Notes: a model not told the origin generated them from the letters alone. Positions 9,160 to 17,183 are shown, counted from the stretch's first letter. The stretch is 17,234 nucleotides of DNA from Armatimonadota bacterium (GCA_052386995.1 JBQTJP010000140.1:1-17234), one strand, 5' to 3'. Program-made: numbers and translations.

Positions 9160-9181
9160 CGCGGCCAGGACGCGCTCGAGC

Positions 9182-10114
9182 ATGACGATGGACTCGCGCG
9201 CATCACGCCGCGCCTTTGGGCTGGGCGACATCCTCGTGCTCGCGACCGTGGTGCTGTGGGGCGCGTCCTTTACCGTCATCAAGTCCGCGTACGATGAAGT
9301 CACGCCGCTCGCCTTCGCCTCGGTCCGATTCATCATCGCGTCGCTGGGCCTGCTTCTGATCCTGGCCGTGCTTCGGCAACCGCTCGCGATCGCGCGTCGC
9401 GACCTGCTCCGCGTCGCGATCCTCGGCTTTCTTCATGTCGGCCTCTATCAAACATTTTTCAGCGTCGGGCTCCGCTACACGACTGCGAGCAATTCGATCC
9501 TCATCATCAACACGTCGCAGGTGGTCACGGCCCTGCTCGTGTGGAAGACACGGGCTGAGCCGCTCTCCTGGAGGCAGGCGGTCGGGATCCCCCTGGCTGT
9601 GCTCGGCGTCATCATCCTCGTGGAAGCCGGTGGCGATCTGTCGACAGGACACCTGAAAGGGGACCTCCTGACATTGCTCGCGGCCTGGTCCTACGGGGTG
9701 ACGCCGGTGCTGGTGCTGCCGCTGTACCGGCGGTACAGCACGCTTGTGGTCATGGCGGTGTCGATGCTCTTCGGAACCGGCCTCCTGATGCTCGTGGGAC
9801 TGCCGGAGCTCGCACGCCAGTCCTGGGCGATCTCGCCGGCGGCGTGGGCGCAGCTGCTGTACGCGGCGCTGGGCGCGGGGACGTTAGGCTATCTGTTTTG
9901 GTATGAAGGGATCCGCCGGATCGGCCCCACGCGCGTGGCGGCCTACGCGTATCTGATCCCGCCCTTCGGCGTGTGGCTCGCGGTCACCGTGCTGAAGGAG
10001 CCGTTCGGCCCGCAACACCTGGTCGGCGCGGCGGTGACGATTACCGGCGTCGCCCTGGCGAGATGGCCGGTAGCGCGCAAGGTCCTAGACGCTGTCGTGG
10101 CGGAGCGGGCATGA
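9182..10114 (+). CDS. DMT/EamA-family transporter
   Basis: VLWGASFTVIK...PLAFASVRF, GLRYTTASNS, GDLLTLLAA, GIRRIGP and VLKEP: two-repeat, 10-TM EamA pattern. Confidence 0.92.
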   Translation: MTMDSRASRRAFGLGDILVLATVVLWGASFTVIKSAYDEVTPLAFASVRFIIASLGLLLILAVLRQPLAIARRDLLRVAILGFLHVGLYQTFFSVGLRYTTASNSILIINTSQVVTALLVWKTRAEPLSWRQAVGIPLAVLGVIILVEAGGDLSTGHLKGDLLTLLAAWSYGVTPVLVLPLYRRYSTLVVMAVSMLFGTGLLMLVGLPELARQSWAISPAAWAQLLYAALGAGTLGYLFWYEGIRRIGPTRVAAYAYLIPPFGVWLAVTVLKEPFGPQHLVGAAVTITGVALARWPVARKVLDAVVAERA

Positions 10115-10144
10115 GCATGCAGGCGGATGGCTCGCGCGAGACGC

Positions 10145-10186
10145 ACCGCGGGCCTCAGGCGATAGTGTTGCCCTGAGGCCCGCGGT
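10145..10186. terminator. GC-rich inverted repeat between convergent genes; probable bidirectional terminator or mRNA 3' stem
   Basis: ACCGCGGGCCTCAGG (10145-10159) and CCTGAGGCCCGCGGT (10172-10186) form a perfect 15-bp stem with a 12-nt loop. No U-tract on either side. Confidence 0.7.
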
Positions 10187-10213
10187 CTCCGGCGCGCTGC
10201 TATTCCCGTCTCA

Positions 10214-12049
10214 TCACGGGAAGCGAGCGAAGTAAATGTCTTCTTCAACCGTCCCGAGGCGGCCTCGGGTATCCCCCCACACGATGACCACACCACGCCG
10301 GTCGGCCGCGATCCCCATATAGTCGCCCAGGAAGCCGGCCTGAACGGGGTTATTGGCCGGGATCAGGTTGGGCATCGACGCGGTCGTGATGCGATGGTAC
10401 TCGAACGACCCGCCGCTATCGCGCGTGAATGCCAGGGTGATGTCGTTGCAGCCGGTGAACTCGCAGCTCCCGTACTGCCGGTCATAGTAGGCAATGGCGA
10501 TCTTGCCGTTCGGCATGATGGCGCTCCACGGCTGCCATTGGGCGGCCTTCTTGGGTTCAACGCTCACGAGGATCGGAGCGCTCCAGGTGGCGCCACGGTT
10601 CGTCGAGACTGCCAGGAAGACGTCGTGGTTGCACGGAGGCGTCGCCGCCGTCGCTGGCACAGGAACCCGACAATTGGCCGCATGGTTTCGGGAGTCGGCC
10701 CAGGTGACGTATAACCGATTGGAATCCGAGGGGTCGGCGAGGAGGGTCATGGACGTGACCTCGGGCACGCGGTAGCCGTTGGGCGGCAGGCACTGCCGGA
10801 AGGCCGCGCAGCCGGTCGCCGGGTCAGGCCCGATGGGATGCAGCCCGATCAGATCGGCGACTTTGACCGGCTTGCTCCAGTTAGCAGCGTTCGTGCAGTC
10901 CGCAGTGGGGGCACAACTGACCACGAGGGTCTGGTTGATGCCGAACAGCGGCGTGTTCCCGTTGGCGAATACAACGTAGACGGTGCCGTCGGGGCCCACC
11001 TCAGGCCACGAGCCCTGGTCCTGGTCGCACGCGTCGGGGTTTGGGGACCCGCTGAAGATGGTACAGATGGCCGAGTTCCTCCCGCTGATCTCGATCCCTC
11101 GAGACCAGGTGGCCCCGCCGTCCCTGGACTGCGAGAAGAAAATGGGGCTGTTTTGGCGAACGCCCGCGCCGGTAGCGTCATTGAAGCGGGTCCACGTCAC
11201 GTAAACGAAGTCGCGCTTGGGGCTGCCCGGATTGCGGTCGGCGTTGATGAACTCCTTATCGTTGAAGATGAACGGGCTGAAATCGTCGGCCACGACCCCG
11301 AGGGGAGACGCCCTGAACTCCTGGAACGGGTCCGGCCGCGGCGAGTGGAAGAACGACCCGCCGTGCCGCGCGTTCGACTTGGCGACCACGATTCCGTTCT
11401 CCGGCGCGTTGGTAGCGTTGAAAATGATACACGTGAAGTAGGCATTGCCCCGCGAGTCGAACGTCACCGCCGGGTCACTGGCCGCGTCTGTGGTCCGACC
11501 CGCGTTACCCGGTCTGGCCCCCATGAGCTGCTGCCAGAAGGGAGGTGTAAAACTCCCCCAAGTCTCCCCGCGGTCGAACGAGAAGTCGATGCCGCAGTGG
11601 TTGAAGCCGATCAGGCTGTCGTTCTGCCCGGCCACCAGATTGTCCGGGTTGGTCGGATTGATGGCGATGAATTCCTCAGCCTGCCGGCGGAGCGAGCAGT
11701 CCTGGTTCACCCTGATGTTCCTGGCCCCATCGCCCTCAAAGACGTTGGCGCATCCCAGGCTCCGCTGCGAGACGCTGGAGGGAAGAGAAAGGCCCCCCAC
11801 ATACCCGGAGCTCCGTGCCGGGAGGCGTCCCGTTGCCTCCAGGTACGTCCGCATGACGCCTTCGGATACGGCCTGTCGCTTGCCGGCGGGAGCGGCGCCG
11901 CCCATGGCGACCTGCGCCTGGCGTTCGAGCACCAGGTTGCGCTGCCCTGACGCTCCCTGAGAGCTCGCCTGCGGCGAGTTGACCAATGTCAATGCGACCC
12001 CAATGATCACGACAACCAACAGAGCCACGACCGTTCGCAATCCTCGCAT
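10214..12049 (-). CDS. Secreted Asp-box (BNR) beta-propeller protein, sialidase-fold family, function unknown
   Basis: RBS GGAGGAG 6 nt before ATG 12049 (alternative starts 12055 and 12064). N-terminal signal or TM segment. Asp boxes SFDRGETW, SRDGGATW, STNRGATW and TRDSGGSF. C-terminal GFLGDYMGI...VWGDTR. 14 Cys. Confidence 0.85.
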   Translation of the reverse strand: MRGLRTVVALLVVVIIGVALTLVNSPQASSQGASGQRNLVLERQAQVAMGGAAPAGKRQAVSEGVMRTYLEATGRLPARSSGYVGGLSLPSSVSQRSLGCANVFEGDGARNIRVNQDCSLRRQAEEFIAINPTNPDNLVAGQNDSLIGFNHCGIDFSFDRGETWGSFTPPFWQQLMGARPGNAGRTTDAASDPAVTFDSRGNAYFTCIIFNATNAPENGIVVAKSNARHGGSFFHSPRPDPFQEFRASPLGVVADDFSPFIFNDKEFINADRNPGSPKRDFVYVTWTRFNDATGAGVRQNSPIFFSQSRDGGATWSRGIEISGRNSAICTIFSGSPNPDACDQDQGSWPEVGPDGTVYVVFANGNTPLFGINQTLVVSCAPTADCTNAANWSKPVKVADLIGLHPIGPDPATGCAAFRQCLPPNGYRVPEVTSMTLLADPSDSNRLYVTWADSRNHAANCRVPVPATAATPPCNHDVFLAVSTNRGATWSAPILVSVEPKKAAQWQPWSAIMPNGKIAIAYYDRQYGSCEFTGCNDITLAFTRDSGGSFEYHRITTASMPNLIPANNPVQAGFLGDYMGIAADRRGVVIVWGDTRGRLGTVEEDIYFARFP

Positions 12050-12146
12050 ACGCATCTCCTCCATCTAGTGGCTCATGCTACTGGCTCGTGCGTGATACAG
12101 ATGCTCTCGTCTCACCTCCCCTCGTCGCCGGCGGGCGTCGTGCCGG

Positions 12147-13826
12147 CTACGGACTGGGCGTCGGGTTATCGTACCAGCGCATCACGTATTGGTATGGCGA
12201 TGGGCGGACGCCGACCCGCTCACTGCTGAGACCCTCCACGGGATCAAGCACGATGCCCGAAGACCGGTTGAGACGCACGTACTTGCCGTAGAGTCCTCCG
12301 CTGAATGCGACAACGCGGTCGGCCACGATGTTGGCGTTGGGCGCAAACAGCAGGGCTGAGACGGAGTTCTCCCCCTCCAGCCGGACCGAGGCGCGCCCCG
12401 TGTCTATCAGGGACGGATCGCGGGCGCCAATGAGCACCTGCACGCGGTCCGACGGGCTGACAAGATGGCCGAAGAAATCTACCGTGCCAAAGGCCGCACG
12501 CGGACCGAGCACGAAGCCACCCTCGACATGGAAGTACACGGTCGCCAGGCCCGTGATAGCCAGGGTGGCATCGCGCTCCAAGTGAATCTCAGCCAGATGA
12601 ATGTGGAGCTCGGCGCCGCGGACGCTGAGAGTCTGAATCGTAAAGGTCCCGCCTTCGCGGACGCGCAGCGCCCCCCAGTGCACCGTTTCCTTGACCTCGG
12701 CCTGGATGATGGGGGCCTGGGCAGGCTCCCGGACCGGTTGGGCCGGAGGTGGAAGAAAGTTCGGGCAAACTACCTCGCGCGTCTGAGCCCGGACCGGCCC
12801 GTCCACCTGCTGCGCGCACCCTCGGGTGCACGAAACGGTTCCGCCCGCCGTGACGCTTCCAGAGATTCCTCCGGGAATGCGTCGGCTGAAGGCGCCCTCT
12901 GGCCGGTTGTCGGTGAACTCCTGAGTGAGGTTATCCGGGATCTCGCCGACCATGAACCAGGGTCCGCGCGGCGAGCCGTTCGGGCTCCGGTAGATGCGGC
13001 GGGCGACAGTGGACGGATCGCCCAGCGGAATGTGGGTCAAGTATCCCACCTGCTCATTCAGCACGACCGGCCTCGTGGGCGGGCTCCCGCCGGATTCGTG
13101 GTCGCGGGCATCGACAAAGGTCACGCGCCATGAGTACACGCCGTTCAAGCCTGCCTCGAGTGACTCAGGGCTGACGGCCTGCACGACGGGAACGATCTGC
13201 GGGCCTCGCGGCAGACGTTCTCGTACCGTCCCTGGGTTGCGCCGCGGCCCGTCGATGTAGACGTCGCCGTTGCTGCCGACGTCAGCTGTGATCGTCGTCC
13301 CCGGACCCAGCTCGACCCCTTCCCGTCCGCAGACGCCGTAGCCAGGCGCGCCGCCGGGGCCCGGTGTGTATCTGCGCACCACGGCTTCGATCTGCCGCCG
13401 GGCCCGACCGGGCCGACCGACAACCCCGAATGAGGTGATGATGCGGAAATCGCGCTCGTCCAACTCGGCGGTCGCCGGGCCGTCGTGGCAGTCCGGTGGG
13501 ATGGCCTCCGGCGGATGGGCGCATCTCACCGTGACACGAAACGTGCCTGCCGCGCGGCCGTCAGAGCCGGCCAGCGCGATCTCATCCGGCTCCCCGGCGT
13601 AACGATCGTCGGTCGCCAGCGGCATCGAGGCCCTCGTGACGAGCTGGGCGACACCGTAGTTCAGACCGGCCTCGGCGACGTGCACGGACTGCATGGCCAG
13701 CTGGTGTCCGACGGCGCCATGCAGATCGCTCATCACCACGGCGAGCACCCCGATCACCATGACCTCGATGACGAGAAAGGTGACGAGCACGGCGGTCAGG
13801 ACAAAGCCGCGTTCGGCGTCTCGCAT
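12147..13826 (-). CDS. Large PilX/GspK-like minor pilin with C-terminal extracellular domains
   Basis: Class III signal MRDAERG|FVLTAVLV lacking Glu5 (typical of PilX/GspK), the PilX N-terminal motif HVAEAGL, and a C-terminal LLFAPNANI...FSGGLYGK beta-solenoid-like region. Last of four pilin-like genes. Confidence 0.8.
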   Translation of the reverse strand: MRDAERGFVLTAVLVTFLVIEVMVIGVLAVVMSDLHGAVGHQLAMQSVHVAEAGLNYGVAQLVTRASMPLATDDRYAGEPDEIALAGSDGRAAGTFRVTVRCAHPPEAIPPDCHDGPATAELDERDFRIITSFGVVGRPGRARRQIEAVVRRYTPGPGGAPGYGVCGREGVELGPGTTITADVGSNGDVYIDGPRRNPGTVRERLPRGPQIVPVVQAVSPESLEAGLNGVYSWRVTFVDARDHESGGSPPTRPVVLNEQVGYLTHIPLGDPSTVARRIYRSPNGSPRGPWFMVGEIPDNLTQEFTDNRPEGAFSRRIPGGISGSVTAGGTVSCTRGCAQQVDGPVRAQTREVVCPNFLPPPAQPVREPAQAPIIQAEVKETVHWGALRVREGGTFTIQTLSVRGAELHIHLAEIHLERDATLAITGLATVYFHVEGGFVLGPRAAFGTVDFFGHLVSPSDRVQVLIGARDPSLIDTGRASVRLEGENSVSALLFAPNANIVADRVVAFSGGLYGKYVRLNRSSGIVLDPVEGLSSERVGVRPSPYQYVMRWYDNPTPSP

Positions 13827-13832
13827 CGGCGC

Positions 13833-14441
13833 TTAGGGCCCCCGCACGGCGACGACCGTCTGATAGGTTTGTGACTCTGCGCGCCCTGGAGTCGAAGCCG
13901 CCCGAACGGTCACCGTAATGCGAATGGATCGAACCCGGCCGGGAGCAGAGGCGGGCTCGCCGTTCCGGTCGAGCGGGATGAACTCGATGCGCTCGATGAC
14001 CGGCGGTGAGAGCGCCACACGCCGGGCGTCGGGGGATGTTCTCGACTCCTCGTCATCGCAGGCTCCCGGCGACTCCTGGTCGAGCGTCTCCTGCCACAGC
14101 CGCCGATCCTGGACGTAGTAGACGTAGGTGCGGCGCGGCGGCGTCAGCTGGGCATCGAAGATGGCGCGAAACGCCAGCCGCTGGTCGAAGCCTGCCCCCG
14201 TGCCGATGCGCAGCAGGCTGTCCGGGCAGGGGGTCTGCGGATCGTAGTTGACCTGGCGTACGCGATCGACGAGCAGGGCGAGGGCCTGCCGGCCCCACTC
14301 CTGGTCGGTAATCCGCGCCTGCGCGATCAGTCGGCCCTTGATGCCCGTCGCCAACACGAGGTAGAGACTGCTGGTGATCAGGGCGGCAATCGCCAGCGTT
14401 GCCACGAGCTCGATCAGGGTCGTCCCTCGTTGGGCGTTCAC
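13833..14441 (-). CDS. PilW/GspJ-like minor pilin (prepilin N-terminal cleavage/methylation domain)
   Basis: GTG start overlaps the upstream TGA (GTGA). MNAQRG|TTLIELVATLAIAALI with Glu5. C-terminal VRSIRITVTVR...YQTVVAVRG is typical of PilW-like proteins. Confidence 0.85.
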   Translation of the reverse strand: MNAQRGTTLIELVATLAIAALITSSLYLVLATGIKGRLIAQARITDQEWGRQALALLVDRVRQVNYDPQTPCPDSLLRIGTGAGFDQRLAFRAIFDAQLTPPRRTYVYYVQDRRLWQETLDQESPGACDDEESRTSPDARRVALSPPVIERIEFIPLDRNGEPASAPGRVRSIRITVTVRAASTPGRAESQTYQTVVAVRGP

Positions 14442-14899
14442 GGACACGATCCCCAGACCCGGACGTCGCCGATGTAGGTCGTCGTGCTGAACGCTGGGCG
14501 ATCGACCGGAGTGGCATCGGTCCAGTCTTTCCGATACAGGCTCACGGTCACGTGGAGGAGGCCGCCGGCGGCGGCATCGATCTTCACCACGGCGGCGGTG
14601 AACCCGGAGGGAAGCTGCGGCTCGCCGGGCCGCAGCGTGACGGACGTCACCTTGTGCGTGGCAGGGGCCAGACGCTCGTAGCACCGCCCTCGCATGTAGT
14701 CGACCTCGCCCTGCAGCCAGGCCGTGGCGGCGCCGTGGTCCTGCGCCCGCCTGGCGTGGGTCAGGCTCCCCAACAAACCTGCGATGAAGATGGGCGTGAC
14801 GAGCCCGATGACGAGGATTGCGACGAGGACTTCGATGTAGGTGAAGCCCCTGCAGTCGGGCAGACGCAGGAAGCCGGTGTGCCTCCTACCTGGCGGCAT
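14438..14899 (-). CDS. PilV/GspI-like minor pilin
   Basis: ...DCRG|FTYIEVLVAILVIGL class III signal, AQDHGAATAWLQ helix and LLHVTVSLY strand. ATG 14899 overlaps the end of the upstream gene. Confidence 0.85.
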   Translation of the reverse strand: MPPGRRHTGFLRLPDCRGFTYIEVLVAILVIGLVTPIFIAGLLGSLTHARRAQDHGAATAWLQGEVDYMRGRCYERLAPATHKVTSVTLRPGEPQLPSGFTAAVVKIDAAAGGLLHVTVSLYRKDWTDATPVDRPAFSTTTYIGDVRVWGSCP

Positions 14900-15362
14900 C
14901 CACGGCTCCGGATTCGGCCGAAACAGTGACCGAGTGCCGCACACCCGTGCGCGCGCTGCGCATGGTCAGCGTCATCCCGATCTGGGGAACCCCAGTGGAC
15001 TGAAAGATCAGCGGGCCGGCAGGGACGGTGGCCCATTCCACGCCACCTGGGAGGCAGACCCACTTGAGGGCAAGGGAGCCATGGAACAGCGTGTACGAAT
15101 CCGCGGCGGTGGGGGCGCAGCGATCATCGCCCGCGGCGAAGGCGACCGCGATCGGCGCGCGGCGCGTGACAGCCTCCTGCCGCGCTACGCTCAGGTCCGA
15201 GGCAAGGACGCCGGCCGCGGCCTCAACTCTCTGATTGCTGGAAAAGTTGGAATACGAGGGCAGTGCGACGATCAGGCTAAGACCGATCAGGGCGAGGACC
15301 ACAACGGTCTCAAGCAGTGTAAACCCTGACCGGCGGCCATCGGGGCATCGCATTCCGGCCAT
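14886..15362 (-). CDS. FimT/FimU (GspH)-like minor pilin
   Basis: RRSG|FTLLETVVVLALIGLSLIVALPSY, LASDLSVARQEAVTRR, LIFQSTG and VTVSAESGAV. RBS GGAG 7 nt upstream. Confidence 0.9.
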   Translation of the reverse strand: MAGMRCPDGRRSGFTLLETVVVLALIGLSLIVALPSYSNFSSNQRVEAAAGVLASDLSVARQEAVTRRAPIAVAFAAGDDRCAPTAADSYTLFHGSLALKWVCLPGGVEWATVPAGPLIFQSTGVPQIGMTLTMRSARTGVRHSVTVSAESGAVDAAR

Positions 15363-15629
15363 GACTCGACTCCGTCGGGGTCTACGGCGGCCGCCGAATT
15401 CGACGGTGCGTCACGGCTCCCCTGCACCAGGTCGACCCCAACTCTTTACAAACGGCAAAACTTTGTCCGTTCGGGGGATGGGTTCTCATGCTAAAGGACG
15501 AGATACGCTAGGTGACGAAGCGGATCACCCATGCAGGGTGGTGTGGCCGGCGCATGTCTCGCGGTGCCGCCGGTCGGGCACTACCTTAAGGTGGGAAGCG
15601 ATGCGCACAGAACGATGGAGGTGACGTCA

Positions 15630-16100
15630 ATGGTTCGAAAGTCAACAGCGGCATGGCTGGTGCTGGCGATCCTGGCGGTCGGATCAGCGGTCGGGACCTC
15701 CTGGGGCGGTCCCGCGCCGACAGGCATCGTGGTGGCGTTTCAGACCGTCGACACCGGCCAGGCCTCGGGGATACGCGAACCGAACTGGCTCGTGATTCGA
15801 GACACCGCGGCCTGGGCGGAGCTGTGGCAGCGGCATGCACCGGGGCGACCCGCGCCGAGCGTCGACTTCTCACGTGACATGGTGGTCGGCGTCTTTACAG
15901 GCGTCTCGCAGGATTCCAGCGGCATCTGGATCACCAGAATCGTTCGCGAGCCCGACCGCCTCACCGTCTTTTATTCCCTGGTCGACAGCAAGGCCGTGCC
16001 GATGTCGCAGGACGCTGTCCCGGTGCTTCCGTTCCATATTGTCCGGGTGCCGCGCACGATGGCTCCGGTATGGTTCGCCCTGATCATCACGAAGCGGTAG
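15630..16100 (+). CDS. Exported protein with a PrcB C-terminal-like domain
   Basis: Strong RBS GGAGGTGA before ATG 15630, signal peptide, and VIRDTAAWAELWQRH...PSVDFSRDMVVGVFTG...PFHIVRVP pattern of PrcB_C proteins. Confidence 0.8.
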   Translation: MVRKSTAAWLVLAILAVGSAVGTSWGGPAPTGIVVAFQTVDTGQASGIREPNWLVIRDTAAWAELWQRHAPGRPAPSVDFSRDMVVGVFTGVSQDSSGIWITRIVREPDRLTVFYSLVDSKAVPMSQDAVPVLPFHIVRVPRTMAPVWFALIITKR

Positions 16101-16105
16101 CCTGG

Positions 16106-16813
16106 CTAGGCCGTTGCGGCTCCGAACTCCTGGCGGATAAACCAGGGGACGGCGGCGACGCTGACCAGCCGCTCGGCGCCGTCGAAGAGATCACGGACCT
16201 CGGGAACCGTCACGCGGAGTGAGTAGTCGTCCACCCGGTCGATACCGGCGGGAACACTCTTGACGACATCGATCAGGGCATCCGAGCGGTAGAATCGCGC
16301 GACCGAAGGGTCGGCGGCGGACCGCAACGTCGTAGGCCACGCCGCACGGGATGGAATGCCGCGGCGGTACCGCAGGCGCAGCTCGACCGTTCCCCCACCG
16401 GCGTCGCGGAAAGCAAAGCGTTCGCTGCAGACGGCATCAACACCGGTGCCCGCGACCGTGTGCTCCCTGGTGGCATGGGCGAGTACCGCGTTGAGATAGC
16501 GCCCCGGCACCGATGCCGGATGCGCCGATAGGATCCGCGCCATGAACACCGCCTTCTCGCCTGTCCGCGGATCGACGGCCGGGACGAGGAAGCCGACGAA
16601 GCGGTTGACCGCGTCCGGCGACGGGGCGCCGTCGGCATCCTGCCGGAAGAGCACGTCGTTGAAGATTACGAACAGATTCGCGCCGCGGTGAACGTCTTCG
16701 GCGCTCGGCGCAACCCGCCAGGGAGCCGGGAGCTGCCGCTGAGCGCCGGATGGCTCCACCTGAAGCCGGACCTGAATCTTGGTGTCGATCGTGGAATTAA
16801 GGAATGACCGCAT
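16106..16813 (-). CDS. Hypothetical cytoplasmic protein (beta-rich)
   Basis: 235-aa ORF with normal globular composition that overlaps the Rid gene end by 17 nt and fills the space up to the convergent PrcB-like gene. Confidence 0.75.
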   Translation of the reverse strand: MRSFLNSTIDTKIQVRLQVEPSGAQRQLPAPWRVAPSAEDVHRGANLFVIFNDVLFRQDADGAPSPDAVNRFVGFLVPAVDPRTGEKAVFMARILSAHPASVPGRYLNAVLAHATREHTVAGTGVDAVCSERFAFRDAGGGTVELRLRYRRGIPSRAAWPTTLRSAADPSVARFYRSDALIDVVKSVPAGIDRVDDYSLRVTVPEVRDLFDGAERLVSVAAVPWFIRQEFGAATA

Positions 16814-17183
16814 CCGCTTCGATCTCCACGAGCATGGCTGGATCGATCAACCGGCTCACCTCGACCATGCTCGTTGCCGGCAGGATGTCGCCAAAGACCG
16901 CGCCGTGGGCCTTGCCCACTTTCTCCCAGTCCGCGATGTTCGTCACGTAGATCCGCGTGCGCACGACGTCCCTGACGGAAGCGCCCGCCGCCCGCAGCGC
17001 CGCCTCGATGTTCTTCAGCGCCTGGACCGTCTGCGCGTACGGATCCCCGACACCGACGATTTTGCCGCTCTTGTCGGTGGCCGTCGTGCCTGAGACGTGC
17101 ACCGCGGATCCGATGCGGACCGCACGCGAGTAGCCGACGATCGGCTCCCACGGCGTACCCGTGGCGATGTTGTGTCTTTCCAT
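16797..17183 (-). CDS. Rid (YjgF/YER057c/UK114) family protein, Arg-lacking subgroup
   Basis: RBS AAGGAG. Motifs [46 protein letters not shown] and LVEIEADA. Confidence 0.92.
   Translation of the reverse strand: MERHNIATGTPWEPIVGYSRAVRIGSAVHVSGTTATDKSGKIVGVGDPYAQTVQALKNIEAALRAAGASVRDVVRTRIYVTNIADWEKVGKAHGAVFGDILPATSMVEVSRLIDPAMLVEIEADAVIP

Noticed and set aside
10838..11950. 370-aa plus-strand ORF
   Set aside because: Antisense shadow of the Asp-box protein.
12065..12067. In-frame TAG before the propeller gene as a pyrrolysine or readthrough site
   Set aside because: A strong RBS and an intact signal peptide lie downstream of it, and no pyl genes or tRNA are seen.
14442..14944. Extended starts for the PilW-like (14684) and PilV-like (14944) ORFs
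   Set aside because: They overlap upstream genes heavily. The class III signal positions indicate starts at 14441 and 14899.
15450..15530. c-di-GMP-I riboswitch suggested by GGCAAAAC near pilin genes
   Set aside because: It lacks the GAAA-capped stem and CGCAAAG junction, and it is on the strand opposite the pilin transcript.
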